This document shows, one piece after another, positions 20,395-32,868 of a DNA stretch of 64,000 nucleotides. Position 1 is the stretch's first letter. Each line of letters opens with the position of its first letter. The notes under the pieces were generated by a model that was not told where the DNA came from, did no database searches, and saw nothing but the letters and a program-made list of their open reading frames with translations. A program made the translations under genes and the position numbers. This DNA comes from Flectonema sp. DT1601 (taxonomy: Eukaryota): positions 930,001 through 994,000 of the forward strand of contig OZ025804.1 of assembly GCA_964019425.1 (NCBI GenBank), written 5' to 3'.

Positions 20395-21738
20395 CTACTG
20401 AACACTATTTTGGTATCTGTTGATTCGAGTCAGCAAAGTTCGCATCTTTCCAGAAGCAGCTATTCCAAGTCCCTTTGCACACAGTTGTAGCTCACGGTAA
20501 GTCATTTCTCTAAGTGGTGGTTTTGATACATTCCCAACTAATGACCCTTCTTCATAAGATAATCTCATCATTGGTGTCGCAATTGAAACAGACGATTCAT
20601 CAGCAGGCGATCTGAAGACTACACTTTTACGGTCAGAAGTTGGATTCACGCTGAGACGAGAAACTAAATTCGGAGTACTCGAAACAACAATATTCGATTC
20701 CTCATCAGGAGAAGGTTGAATTCCACGTAAAGACATTCTGGTTACATATGGTGATTGGGATACTTCAATCTCATGAACTGTTTCTGGAAGAGAAATGTTA
20801 TCATCAGCGTCTCTCATTATAACGTCGCTACCTGTCGGTGATGATTGTTGAGGAGAACTACTCATTCTCGCTTTGGTACTTCTGATACTAAATCTCATTA
20901 AAGAGTTCTCAGGTTGTGAATCCATCTCAGAAGGTTGGTATGTGAAAGGAGACACAAGAGGAGGAGCGCAGACTAGACAATCTTTATCAGATGATTTCAT
21001 GTTCTTAATACTTGACATCCTTTTCTCCATCTCATCCAACCCAATTGATTTCCTTGAATGTGGTGTACAGTTAGCACCATTACTGCGAGCTCTGTCTGCT
21101 AAGCAACTGAGTCGATTTTCAACCTCTCTTACCTCAGGACAGGTTGAAGGAGTAGCAATCGTGCTCTCTCCTTCATCGTCCATTGGATCGTCGTCCCTTG
21201 GAACACTCCCATCATAAAATTGTTTCTGGAGAGGTGTTAACAACAATTGCATTTGCGGACCCCCAGCAGATGCATTCTCACCTTCCGAGCGGTTTTGCTT
21301 GGAGATTGGAGTCACACAAACAATCTTTGTTGGTGTTTTTGTTGTGCTCAAACGACCAACATTTTCCTCACCAGCATCGTCGTTCAATTGTTGTTGTTGT
21401 TCAGCCGTCAACACAAGTTGGAGTTGCATTGAACTCGTGGAAGGTTTCTTTTGTTTTATTATTGGGATCCTTGCGGGTCTCGGTGTTGTAATCATCTTTA
21501 CGGTGGTTTGCCTTTGTAAGACAATTTTCCGTGTTGTTGGTTTTACGGTTGTTTTTTGTTTCAATACCATCGCTCTACTCATCCCAGAGGACACCTTTGA
21601 CTTTACATTTTTCGATGTTTTCATGAGGTTTTTATTCACTTCTGGCAAACCGAATCCAACCTTGCCTGCATAAGGAGAACGAGTAGCGCTGCACCACTGC
21701 GGTCCTCGAACTGGAGTTCTTGGTGTGCTCTTCACCAT
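20395..21738 (-). CDS. 447-aa low-complexity S/T/P-rich protein with C-terminal SAP-like motif
   Basis: Long ORF, many SP/TP sites, MTYRELQLCAKGLGIAASGKMRTLLTRI. Confidence 0.75.
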   Translation of the reverse strand: MVKSTPRTPVRGPQWCSATRSPYAGKVGFGLPEVNKNLMKTSKNVKSKVSSGMSRAMVLKQKTTVKPTTRKIVLQRQTTVKMITTPRPARIPIIKQKKPSTSSMQLQLVLTAEQQQQLNDDAGEENVGRLSTTKTPTKIVCVTPISKQNRSEGENASAGGPQMQLLLTPLQKQFYDGSVPRDDDPMDDEGESTIATPSTCPEVREVENRLSCLADRARSNGANCTPHSRKSIGLDEMEKRMSSIKNMKSSDKDCLVCAPPLVSPFTYQPSEMDSQPENSLMRFSIRSTKARMSSSPQQSSPTGSDVIMRDADDNISLPETVHEIEVSQSPYVTRMSLRGIQPSPDEESNIVVSSTPNLVSRLSVNPTSDRKSVVFRSPADESSVSIATPMMRLSYEEGSLVGNVSKPPLREMTYRELQLCAKGLGIAASGKMRTLLTRINRYQNSVQ

Positions 21739-22026
21739 TGCTTGTGGAATATCTGAGATAGAAAAAAATTGGTTTTGATTTTCTTATGTTCTACTCAGAA
21801 CAGTAGCGATGAAATAATAAGGCAAATAGTCATTTAGGAAGTTTAGGGAGCTCCGGTTAACTAAAAGCGTAAAAAGTAATTTTGTGCCGTCAGACTGTCC
21901 CCCACTTGCTTGCTGTGAATTTCCTGAGAGAGAAAAAAAAAGAACTGGATAATAAATTGATCAAACAGAACGTAAAAAGAAGTGTCAACAATATGCTAAA
22001 AATCGCTTGTAAAAGCGTAAATTGTG

Positions 22027-22446
22027 TTAGTTGCCCCAGAGGTGGCCGCCTGGTCCACTTCCTAAGTCAGGGATACCATCGCAAGGCTTCTTTGAATCTC
22101 GACAAGCGTTTTCTCTCTTTTTAACTCTGTTCGCAGAGTCGTCGATATCTTTATTTCGATAAGGGACTTCAAAACCAGGTTTCACGCCATCTCCTTGGTA
22201 GTAATTCCCTCTCAGTCTCATTCTATCGGCTTCGTAACTTCGCCATCTCTCACTTCGTTGTTTTTCAAAGTCAGTCAGCTTGATTTTAAAGTACTCACTT
22301 TTATCGCCTCGATTCTTGTTACCTTCAAGCCTTCTGAATCTCTGATTCTTTTCGCTCTTCTTTGAACCAGTGTGATCTTTATCATCAACTCTAATACCTC
22401 CGACAGAAAGCAAAGCAAGAGTCAATATAAACAATTGTTTGAACAT
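22027..22446 (-). CDS. 139-aa hypothetical secreted protein
   Basis: Signal-peptide-like MFKQLFILTLALLSVGG; hydrophilic body; coding-like composition. Confidence 0.6.
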   Translation of the reverse strand: MFKQLFILTLALLSVGGIRVDDKDHTGSKKSEKNQRFRRLEGNKNRGDKSEYFKIKLTDFEKQRSERWRSYEADRMRLRGNYYQGDGVKPGFEVPYRNKDIDDSANRVKKRENACRDSKKPCDGIPDLGSGPGGHLWGN

Positions 22447-25400
22447 TTAATTTATTTGTCCCGTTTCCTGAAAGTTTTTTTATTTTTTTTTGATTCTCTT
22501 ATTTGTCCAACACACGAAACTCGGCTGCGTCTGCGGGGGAGTTAATTTTTTTTGAATTATTTGTTAAAATAAAAACACCACTACAAATACAATGATAACT
22601 TACGACAAGAGAGATCTTGAAGCAACTCATAGGTTTCGAGAGTAATCCATAATTTGTTGATGACCTGTCACTTTGAAAGGGGAGAGAGAGAGAGAGAGAG
22701 GGGGGAAAAAAAAAAATAAAAGTCAACATCATCATAACACTCATCTTAAATCTTTTCAAAAAGTTCAAAAGGATATGAAGACGGGTTATTTTATAACAAG
22801 AGGGAAAGAAGAGTATTTTAGTTTTTTTTTTTTTTTTTTTTGGGAAGTGGTGGAGCGATTGGAGGGGGTATTTGGGAATAGTGTGGCGATGGATGAGTTG
22901 TGTGCAGCAATTAAAATAAGTAAAGGTGTACGGGGATGGAACTCAGCTCATGGAAGCACAATAAATCAAAAAAAAAATAAATAAATAAAAAAAAAATAAA
23001 TCAATACTAAACATTATAAAGGTCTCATCCATTCACACGCAGGACTGCAGCCTTTGTCTTGGCTACTTTAGTGCGGTAATGGATCACACACAGAGCTGTA
23101 AAAAGAATAGAAGCACAGAAAGAAAGTGAGTCCCCCTCACCCTCCTGCGTCCCTTGTCTGCTTTCTGTTGCCGAATATAATTATAAACTTTTGCTACATA
23201 CCCTTTATGACTTGCTTTTTGGGCATGTGCTCAATGGCAATTTTTTCAATGAAGGGGAAGGTGTGTCAATTTTCTTTCTTTTTATTTTCTTCCTTCTATT
23301 CGATAATTTCATTCAAAAAAAAAAAAGAGAAAAAAAGAAGAAGAAGAACAGTACTCTTCCTCGTACTTGAGATCAAAGTGAACATCCGTAGTGGTGTGGG
23401 TTACTTTAATCAAGAAAAAAACAAAAAGAAAAAAAAAAGAAAGAAAGAAAAAATATCCTAACTCGGTCTTGAGGGTAACTTTTTTTTTTTTTTTTTCACT
23501 CTTATTTTTCTTTGTTCTTTTCTTCTTTTTCTGGGGGATTGGTGTGGAACGAGCTCGTGTGACTCCAAGCGAAAACAGACGACGAAAACTGCTGTTTCAC
23601 TGAGAGAGTCCAGGACAACGGATATGATGGGTGTCTCAATTTAGAAGGGGATCAAAAAAAAAAAAAAAAAAAAAAAAGCACTATTAAGAAAAAAGCACTA
23701 TTCTCGTGTTCGTGCGCATGTTGTGTAGATAATCTCCCCTTTTAGGGCTGACGTAGGCTGCAATTATTATTATTTATTTATTTTTCTTACCTCATCTTAC
23801 CCATCCCCCTCCCTTTCGTTCTTTTTTTTAAAACTCTTTTTCTTTCTTTTCCCTACTTCTCATACTCACCTCATAGTACTTCTCGTGGTAACTTGGCGAA
23901 AGGTAAAAAAAAAAAAAAAAAAAAGTAGAGATAAAAAATATTTCAAGGTGGATGGAGAAGGGGAAAAAAAAAGAGAGAACCAAGCACTGAATTGATGCTA
24001 AGGAGGGGCCTGTTTCTCAGGATATACACCTCCCCCACCCCCCTACTTCAGGTAGTAGTATGTTTAACTTCGAACAAAGAAATATAAAGATTAGGGGGAG
24101 GAAAGGGGAGGGGAGAAATTGTATACTATTCACAATAAAAAAAAACAAAAAAAAAAGGAACTGGGACCCCATTTCTCCCAAGGCTTTTCTCTTTTTTTTT
24201 TTCTGGTTTGCTTCAATTTTTTTTTTTTTTTTTTTTTTTAATTTTAATTTTACTTTGTATCACAAAACATAACCTAAGAATATAATTTTTTTTTATTTTT
24301 TTTTTATAATTTTCTATTTTCATTTTTGTTAAGGATACAGCCATGCTATTTTTTTTTACCTCAAAAAAATGCTATTTACAAAAAAAAAAAAAAAAAATAC
24401 TTGAGGAGGGTGATAAAGTGAATTGGCGATGTTACTTATTTATCTTAATCAAGAGTCATCAATGGCGCCCTTTGCCTCATCGTTAGAAAGGTGTAGAAGC
24501 AGTCAGTCAGATTTAATGTGGACTCACTAATACTAATTAGCATTCCGCAATTTTTTTTTTTTTTTTTTTTTTTTTCCCCTCTCAAACAGAATTTATTTTT
24601 TTCTCTCATCAGTATTGAGTCAGTCTTATGATGCGAAAAAAAATTTAAAAAAAAAAAAAAAAAAAAGCAGCTAGGTATAACCACCTAGTTCTGATTCTTT
24701 TTTTTTTTTTTTTTTTTTGAACGAAAAAAAATTTGGTGGGGAAATGCGCGTAGTAAATCAACACAATTACAAAGCGGGAAATCACCTGTCGATAACCTGA
24801 CTAAAACAAGGCACCTCAATATCACTTCAGGGATGTAATGTTTCCCTTTTTTTTTTTTTCCCTCCCCCTGTAACATTAGTTATTTGTGCTATAAAAAAAA
24901 AGAATGGAACGACGTGCTTTCTGACATTCTTTCCGCTTGTCAAAAAAAAAAAAAACAAAAAAAACTAACTAACTATTTAATTTTCATCTTGCTCTCGTAT
25001 TCGATCCCAGAAAAAAGTAGCCCAGGGAAGGGGATGAAAAAAAAAAAAAAAAAAAGGGAGATCACGATGAAGAACAGATTAAACAAAAAATAAAAAAAAA
25101 TAAGAAAAAACTGCCGTACAAACCAGAAGGTTTGACAGTCAACGTGGTCGCTTTTTTTTTTTTTTTTTTTTTTTTGTGTTGTTGCCGTTGTGTTTTTTTT
25201 TTATAAAAAATTGAATTGGGCATACAGACGTTTTAATGTTTTTGTTGTGTGATCTTCTTATTTACGCTGAGCCACTCTGATTCGCAAAATAATTCAAGCA
25301 ATATAAATACGTGGCCTCATTTTTTGTTTGTTTTTTTTTGGTTTTTTTGAAGATCTTAACTTAGTAACAATTCTTGGACAACAACTACGTCATCCACAAG

Positions 25401-25952
25401 AAAAAAAGAAGAAAAAAAAGGAAATGAAATGAAAAAAGAGAAAAGAGAGTGACGCTGGGGGGGATGAGCAAGGAGAGAACGTAACTTTTTTTTTTTTTTT
25501 TTTTAAAAATTCATTTATTTTTCTCTTCTTTTCTTTCATGCAGTGTTCGGGGAGAGGGCAGAGGGTGTGCTAGGCTGTGAGAGGTTTTTTCTTGATTTGG
25601 GTTCATTTGGGCAGTTCCACTGGTGAATTTTGTGCACTTCAAAAAAAAAGAAAAAGAAATATTTTTTTGTTGTTTTTGCTGGGGGTATCGTTATGGTGTT
25701 TTGTTTTCCTTGTTGGGAGCAGGGTTTTTTTTTTTTTTTTTTTCCTTCCGTTTTCGAAACCTCCCCCCGTTTCGGGGGGCGACCAATTTTCCAGGCAGTG
25801 CCTTTACTTTTTTCTTTTTTCTCAATAATTATTGACCACGGCTGGTGGAGTTTTTTGTGAAGTAGATGAAATGCAGAAGAAGACTTCCAGCTGCGGGGGG
25901 GGGACCTTGCGGCCCTCTGTGACAATACCATATTGATTGAACTGCAGTAATG

Positions 25953-28900
25953 TTACCAATCCTCGTGTTCTTGCCAGAAACCTTTATTTTCATCAACTAT
26001 GCCGGTGGCCATTTGCATGTGATCAAGAAACTCACCCATACATTCGAATAAAGGCATAACTATGTAGTTCATGAATCCAATCTGTCCCTTGGAAACGACT
26101 GACGTGAATCGATCCATGAAAGGAGAGACAGCCATTCCGTGAAGTCTTTCTCTGTCTCCTTGTTGATAGAATTCATCAACGATTACATTACACCATCCGT
26201 GATATAATTTCTTTGGACGACCACAGTTCGAGATGTCAGCCATCTTTATTGACATTGTTATTGCTAAGTTTCGATCTTGTTTTGTTTTGTACATTTTGCT
26301 ATCAACTAATTCGATTCTCTTTTTAAACCTCGCAACGAACATGCTGTGTAGTCCCATGTCAGTACCAAGAACGAACTCAATAATGTCTTCTCTCATTCTG
26401 ACATAAGTTTCTCCTTCGAATGCTTTCAGAATGTTGAATTCATCTATTCTCATTAGCTCAAATACACTTGAGGCGTGAATGTTTTCATTGACAGATCTAT
26501 CATTGAATAAAACCGCGAGGTAGTTTTGTGATTTAGTGTGGAACGCGTTATTAATTCCTGGATGATTGTAGTCATGAATCGCTGCAGCGAACAGTGCTCC
26601 GAATATCTCTTGATCAGATGCTTTAATCTTTGCCTGATGGAGGAGGAGAGTTTTTTTTTTTTTTTTTTTCAATACTCAAACAAGAAAAAACAACAACATA
26701 CCCTACAACCACCTGAGTACAATATGTAATAAGTAACGTGAAGAACATCAGCTGCGTGCATACTATTATGATATGGATTCGGATGGTATCCAGCCTCTAC
26801 TACCGACAACCAGTTAATAAGAACCTGCTCATCGATGTTAAACTGTTTTTTTCATATTGTTGTCTTGTTGTTGTAATCACAGAATACAAACATTAATATA
26901 AAATAGCATACCTTCTGCATAAACTGACACTTAAAACAGAGAGCGTACATCGTAATGAACAGAGCTCCGCCGTGGGGTTGTTCTCTGAGGCATTCTCCTG
27001 AGATGCCACCAGACATTGCTGTTTGTAGTTCGAAGACATCGAAATCCCAATCATCCAATTTTGAGACACAATCATAAATAAGTTGCCGTTTATCATTATC
27101 TATACTGGAAGTGACCTGTGTGTGAGAGTTTTTGTTTTGTTTTTTTGTTTTGTTTTTTTTATAATTTTCATAAAAGAATCAATCCATACCTTGGCAAACT
27201 CTGAAGAAAGATATGGCTGAATCACATTGCAATATTTCTGATCTGGAGTACATTCTTCAGTAGCACCCCCATCAGGCGATAAGTATCGAGACTTGAGAAC
27301 TTTCAAAAGTTCTTTATCGACATCTTTGCAATCAGGTGGAGTTAATACTCCAGGTGGAAGTGGTGCTTTTAGAGGGTTTCGTACCTTTGATTTGGTTTGT
27401 GATTTTTTGTTGGAAAAAAAAAAAAAAAAAAAAAAAAAGACATTTTAATAAAACAAATACAAACCTTGATTGCCAACGCGTCTTCAGTTTGTAATTTTAT
27501 TCCGTCAACACAACCACCTGCGGCTCTGACTTGTTCTTCAAGTTTTGCGAGTTCCTCTTTGAGGTCTTGTTCTTTAGTATTGCAACAGGCAATACAAGCA
27601 TGAAGAGCCTGTTGATTTATTTGTAGTTGATTTAAAGTAAAGCTAATGTATTACACTCGAAAATAATATAAATATAAGTATCTACAAAATCGTTGTTGAA
27701 TCTGGAAAAAAAAAAAAAGAAGAAGAAGAAGAAAAACACACCGATTCCTCACTGTATGCTACGATGCTTTTATTGCCACAGCTTTCAGCTTTTGATTTGA
27801 TGTCGTTAATCTTTTTTTCTAAATTTGATTTTTCAGTCTGCCGAATGTCAAGACTGCTATGGATACCTCTTACAATGATTCCATCAATATCAGAGTCATT
27901 AGCAATAGGAAGATTAAGGGTGTTATTCTCGATTGTGATTGAGCAGCTGTCGGAGGATATGGTGGCGGAAATCGACGGATTGTCCTCAAAGTCAAGTATC
28001 AGTTGTTTTAATTTTATCTCTTTCTTATCAAGACTGGCATCATCAAATTTCATATGATATCGATTACCTTGTGTGTCAACAACCATTATCCAAATTGAAG
28101 CAGAGTCTGGACCAGGTCTAGCACATACTACAGCGTTTTCATTATCAGTCAGTGATACAATCTTACCCATCGACTGTAAAGCGGATTTTACTTGAGCGGC
28201 GTCAGATCCTCCGTCGGCTTCCCAGTTCTCACGATTTACATTTGTTTGGTCCATTATAAACTGGAGTTCTGGAGCCATTGAAACAAATTCTTTTGCGATT
28301 GGAGAAACAATGTTATCAATCACAGTAATCATTCCGTTAGCGAACTCATATTCATGTCGGGAAGGGTCAGTTGACCAAGTGCTCCCAGCGATGTATGGAC
28401 TTGGAGAAAGACCCAATCCAACTTCTAGTTCTCCTTGTTTATAGAATTCATCAGCCATTAGTCTCGTCCATTTACGTTGGAGTTCATCAGTTTGTGAGAG
28501 AGATGAGTAGTGGCAAAGTCGTATTGCGTGGGTTAGAATAATCCTCACGTTGTCTTTTGATGACCTCTCGGTATCGGATGATTTGATATGTAAGAAATCA
28601 GCAAGCCTCTCAGAGTAATGAACCATCTGAACGTTGGCTTTAATCACCAAACATTCTCTAACAGCTTCAGTTATATCACGAGCACCATCAACCGACAGAG
28701 ATGCTAATAAATTTGTTTTTGGGCTGCTCATTAACTCAAATGCCGCAGTGCAGATATTCTGAGCAACAGCATACAAATCCGAGTACAACATCGAAAGCAT
28801 TGAACCAGCTCTTTTAATGAACGTATCAGAGACTCCCTCGTTACCTAAATTGTAAACACCACATGTGAAAATCATCGTGAATATATCTTCAGGGGCCAGC

Positions 28901-30054
28901 TGTAATGGTGCCTTTAGCGCTTGAAGCATCGTATGAGCACAAAATAACATCTGAACAGACTGAGTGTGGTTGTGGAATTTTGACGACGTGTCAACCGCTT
29001 GAACTGCATTCCAATAGTTGCGAAGGATATCTCCGTCTATACAAAACTTTTCAACCAATCCATAGTGATGGAACATAGCAACAGCTACATCTGCGAGACT
29101 GGCTTCTGTTTCAAATGCTGAAGAATTCCAAGTAATTTCTTCCAAGTTTAAAGCGTGTTCGGGTTTTTCAGACTGTTTCACACTTTGATCATACATTGAG
29201 TCTAATGGATGAGACGGAACAATTCCGTTCTGTCGGTCAAGTTCTTGATGAAGAATCTTAATTTTACCTTCCAACTTACCACAAGCTCTCCTCGCAGCGT
29301 TTGCATCTGATCTTAGATTTGGTAAGATGTTTAAAATCCGACTTGATTCTTCTGCTGCTTCGATAATACCTTCAGAGACTGCATAAAGAGCGTCTTTCAC
29401 ATTGTAGTCGGGTTCTTTAGACTTGACGTCTTTCTTTTCTGATTCTTTTGCAGCTGCTTGCGAAGCCTTCTTAATCTTTGGATAGCTCAGTAGGAACCCG
29501 AGAGACGCTTGTTTTGATCCATTTTTCTGGAGGTCGAGTTTCCAGGTTAGAGTGTCCATTCCCTTCGATTTAAATTTAATTTCGAGAACGCTTTCTGAAA
29601 ACGAAAGTTGATTCTTACTTAAAGCTGTTGCTAACATTTTCCAGAAGGCTGGCCATTCAAAGTCTCCTAATCCTTTCTTCATCGTTGATAATTTATCATG
29701 AGTTATATCTGCCGAATAGACTTCTTTTACTTTTGTTTTATAACACGAGAAGCTAATACCTGACGGTATTGGTGAATACAAATATAAAGCCCTTGATCCG
29801 ATGTTCAGTCTCGGTTCTCCACAAGACTTGTTTCTCTCCGAAATCCAATCATCATCTTCTGACTTTGCGTCACCTCTGTCGACGGTGTTTGGTTGGTTGC
29901 TTCTCGCTTCAGCTTGATAATCTTTTTTTCCATCGTCTTTTACATTTTGATCTGTTTTCTTTTCATTAGTACCCGAGTGTACTTCAGGTCGCTTATCTGC
30001 AGGTGTGGCATCAGCAACTCTTTGATCTTTAGCGGTAGAACTACCGCAACCCAT
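25953..30054 (-). CDS. Class I cyclic nucleotide phosphodiesterase, 6 exons (30054-27742, 27608-27465, 27384-27190, 27115-26912, 26842-26702, 26633-25953)
   Basis: Splicing at GT-AG sites gives a continuous frame with YHNSMHAADV, HDYNHPG, ENIH, GTDM, ADISN, EFYQQGD, QIGF. N-terminal MGCGSS acylation-type motif. An upstream degenerate PDE-like domain is also present. Confidence 0.92.
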
Positions 30055-30139
30055 ATCATACTTGTACCCCTTTAAGGGGGAAAAAATAAAAGGGAAAATA
30101 AAGGGCTATAAAGGTGCACTCCAAAGCTCAAAGGAACAG

Positions 30140-30483
30140 TCTGTCGGCAGCGTAGAATGACTGCAAATAAATAAATAATACCACTTGGAGGCCACGTGAA
30201 CATAGTTGAGCGCCACTTGCCTATGTTACCGTAACAGCTTCTTATAAAACTCATGAGTACCTAATTAATAATTATATTGTCTTGAAAATGTAACCATAGT
30301 AAAGAGACGAACACCAGGAAGGGGCGGCTCTTTGTCGATAGCCGTATATAACAGTAGTTCAAGATGGCGAAACACGTTATGAAATATTTAAACGCAGCAC
30401 ATCTCACTACTAACAAAAAACCTAAAACAAAAAGGAAACGTGATAACCCGCATTTACGGTCAACAGCCGGTAAGTGGCAAAGT
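30140..30483. repeat. Structured dispersed element, copy A (copy B at 62113-62480)
   Basis: Shared blocks gttgagcgc..cacttgcctatgttacc, aagatggcgaaacacgt, catctcactactaacaaaaaa, gtgataacccgcattt, aagtggcaaagt. Confidence 0.8.
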
Positions 30484-32706
30484 GCCATTCCCTCGCTAAG
30501 CGGAATAAAGGGGGTGGGAATGCCCTTTATTTCCGCTTTATTTACTAAGTCCCAAGGCATCATACTAGGAAGGAAAATTACTCGAAAGTCGGGGCAGTTC
30601 GAACGTCAGCATTCACATAAGCAAGCAACCGGTCTTTAGTACTTAAAGAACCCAACCATTACGTGTATCAGTCACAGTCACACTTAGTATAGCGTTAGTA
30701 CAGAGGACACGGATCTGCTATGTAGGGAAGTGACTTGAACTCGTTCAACTAATTGATGTGCGTAAATGTAAGCGCCGCGAATTGAGGTCTGAAGTTATGC
30801 TCTCCGAAGAGAGCAACCCACGCGAGTATTATTTTGACGCTATAACCTGCGACTTTCAACACGTAATAACCAGGGATAATTCTCAGTAAAGCCGCCGTCA
30901 CCGTGAAGCTGCCACGAACAGAACTCAACGAACTAGCAATTCCTCCAATTTATTTCATATGTCGTCACCTCTGACACTCATCCAGAGAGCTTGCCAACAG
31001 AACAGAACGCAAGGTTACTTTCGGGTCCAATCTTCGCCGTGGTATTATGTGCTGGCATGCACACAAACACCTGGATGGGATGATTGAAGGAATCAGCCAA
31101 GCCGAGAACTGAACCGGAAGGATAGGCTTACAAGACTAACCTGAAGTAAACTTCAGAGCTTCGCTTTCCAGCATGCCGAAACAGAGCCATGGAAGGGGAT
31201 TACAACGACCTCATTAAACCCACTGGCCGCCAATGGTTATTACTATCCAAAGCGCTAACACGAGGCACCACATCATTCGTAAGAAGGGAGCCCTACCGGA
31301 ACGGACCACGCATCTGATTCTACTGGTTAAAGCAACTCTGAAGGAATGTATTCTCCATGAGTTCAGACATGTAACTTTTGGATATCACGCTCCTGTTTTA
31401 TTGTTCCCACATAAGCTTTTGCCCAATTGTTCACATAAAAGTTTTTTTTCTTTTGTTATCTGGAAGAATAAAATAGTGGTATTACTGTACATAAAACTAA
31501 TAGATGCCTAAGTGCACAACCAGTGGAATGGTTAATAAAAAAAACAACACGAGAGGAATTAAAATACTTACTAGACGATGATGACATCACTCTGTGTTCA
31601 TCAACGTCTGAAGCCCAGTCGAGTTTACCAACATCGTCTGACCCAACAACAACGGTGATGTCTTTGTTGATGAAAGTTGTACTCTCATCATCAAATACTG
31701 GGTTGTGAGTAGTTTTCGGCGGTTGTTCGACAGGATCAGTTATATGTTACTGAAAGCACTGTCTACCACAGTCACAACCGGTCTCGTATATTGTTATAAT
31801 ATTTTATATAATCACAAGCATATATATTTATAACTTGAATACTCACTGCAGAGGGAATTAAATATTAGACTCGCAAGTTATTTAAAAACAAAATACTACC
31901 TTTGAGTTTACATCCTGATGCCCACTTGCACATTTTGTTTTCTCGGGGGTGGTACTGGGTCTTGGGATGCTGTTGAGGGAAGTGAACGAGAGATGAAAAA
32001 GGTTTGAACAGCGCTTCACCACACACATTATCAAGAGAGAGAGACAAACACGGTCGGAGAGTTTCCGCATCAGGTGCTTGAGAAGATAAGAGAGAGAGGG
32101 ACGGAAACGAGCGATAGTTGTTCGAGTGAACACTCACAAGTATTGTGAGCAGCAGAAGATCAAAGAAAACAGTCGGTGTGTTTGACAGAGAGGACAACGG
32201 ACTAAATACAAAAACAGTGGTGCTCACCGCACCTCACCGAGGAATCAATCAATGATCCCCTCGTCTCACCAACCGACTGCAAATAGTGGAAGCTGTCAAC
32301 ATCACTCAATTTGAACAAATATCTCAATTTCAGAATAAAAAGAAATGCGATTTTTGGAAGCAAATCCGAATAAATAAATTCAAAAAATGAAGAAAAAAAA
32401 ACAAGAAATCTTTTTTATTACCCGAAAAGCAGGCAATCGATTGCACTGCACAGGCTGTTACGGGAAACTCAACATTCTGAGTCCGTTAGTTGAATAGAAT
32501 TAATTTTGAACAACAATGAAATCAGACGGATGTCTGTACTGTTGTTGAATGCTGGTAGTGGGTGTCAGCAGGCAGATCTGTTCGGTGTTTCCTCGATTGA
32601 TTTTGGTGCTTAAATGAAAAATAAAAAACCTGTTTTCCCAGAATCGATGGTTAAAAGAAGAGGTCAGCTTACTTCATCATTCGAAATCCCCTTCTCATTT
32701 CACATT

Positions 32707-32868
32707 TTAACGGTAGTTCTTGCCGCACTCTCCGCAGTTCGCGGCGTTGCCAGACGGGGTCGGGTTCCCGCTTCCCACGTTTCTCTTACACCCAGAACAC
32801 ATCGCCGTGCCACAGTTCTTGCAGCTGATGGTCGAGCTGGTTCCACATCCTGATGCCCACCTGCACAT
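32707..32868 (-). CDS. 53-aa 8-Cys microprotein, copy 1
   Basis: MCRWASGCGTSSTISCKNCGTAMCSGCKRNVGSGNPTPSGNAANCGECGKNYR; AAAACAAAATG start context after pyrimidine tract/AG. Confidence 0.6.
   Translation of the reverse strand: MCRWASGCGTSSTISCKNCGTAMCSGCKRNVGSGNPTPSGNAANCGECGKNYR

Noticed and set aside
22450..25950. Many short K/F-rich ORFs
   Set aside because: Products of poly(A)/poly(T) tracts in UTR or intergenic DNA.
6393..30054. cAMP-signalling cluster (cyclase-like receptor plus PDE)
   Set aside because: The genes are 16 kb apart with unrelated genes between them; both families are typically large, so proximity is uninformative.
30640..31860. Possible decayed coding or transposon sequence
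   Set aside because: Composition is coding-like, but I found no sustained frame or recognisable motif.
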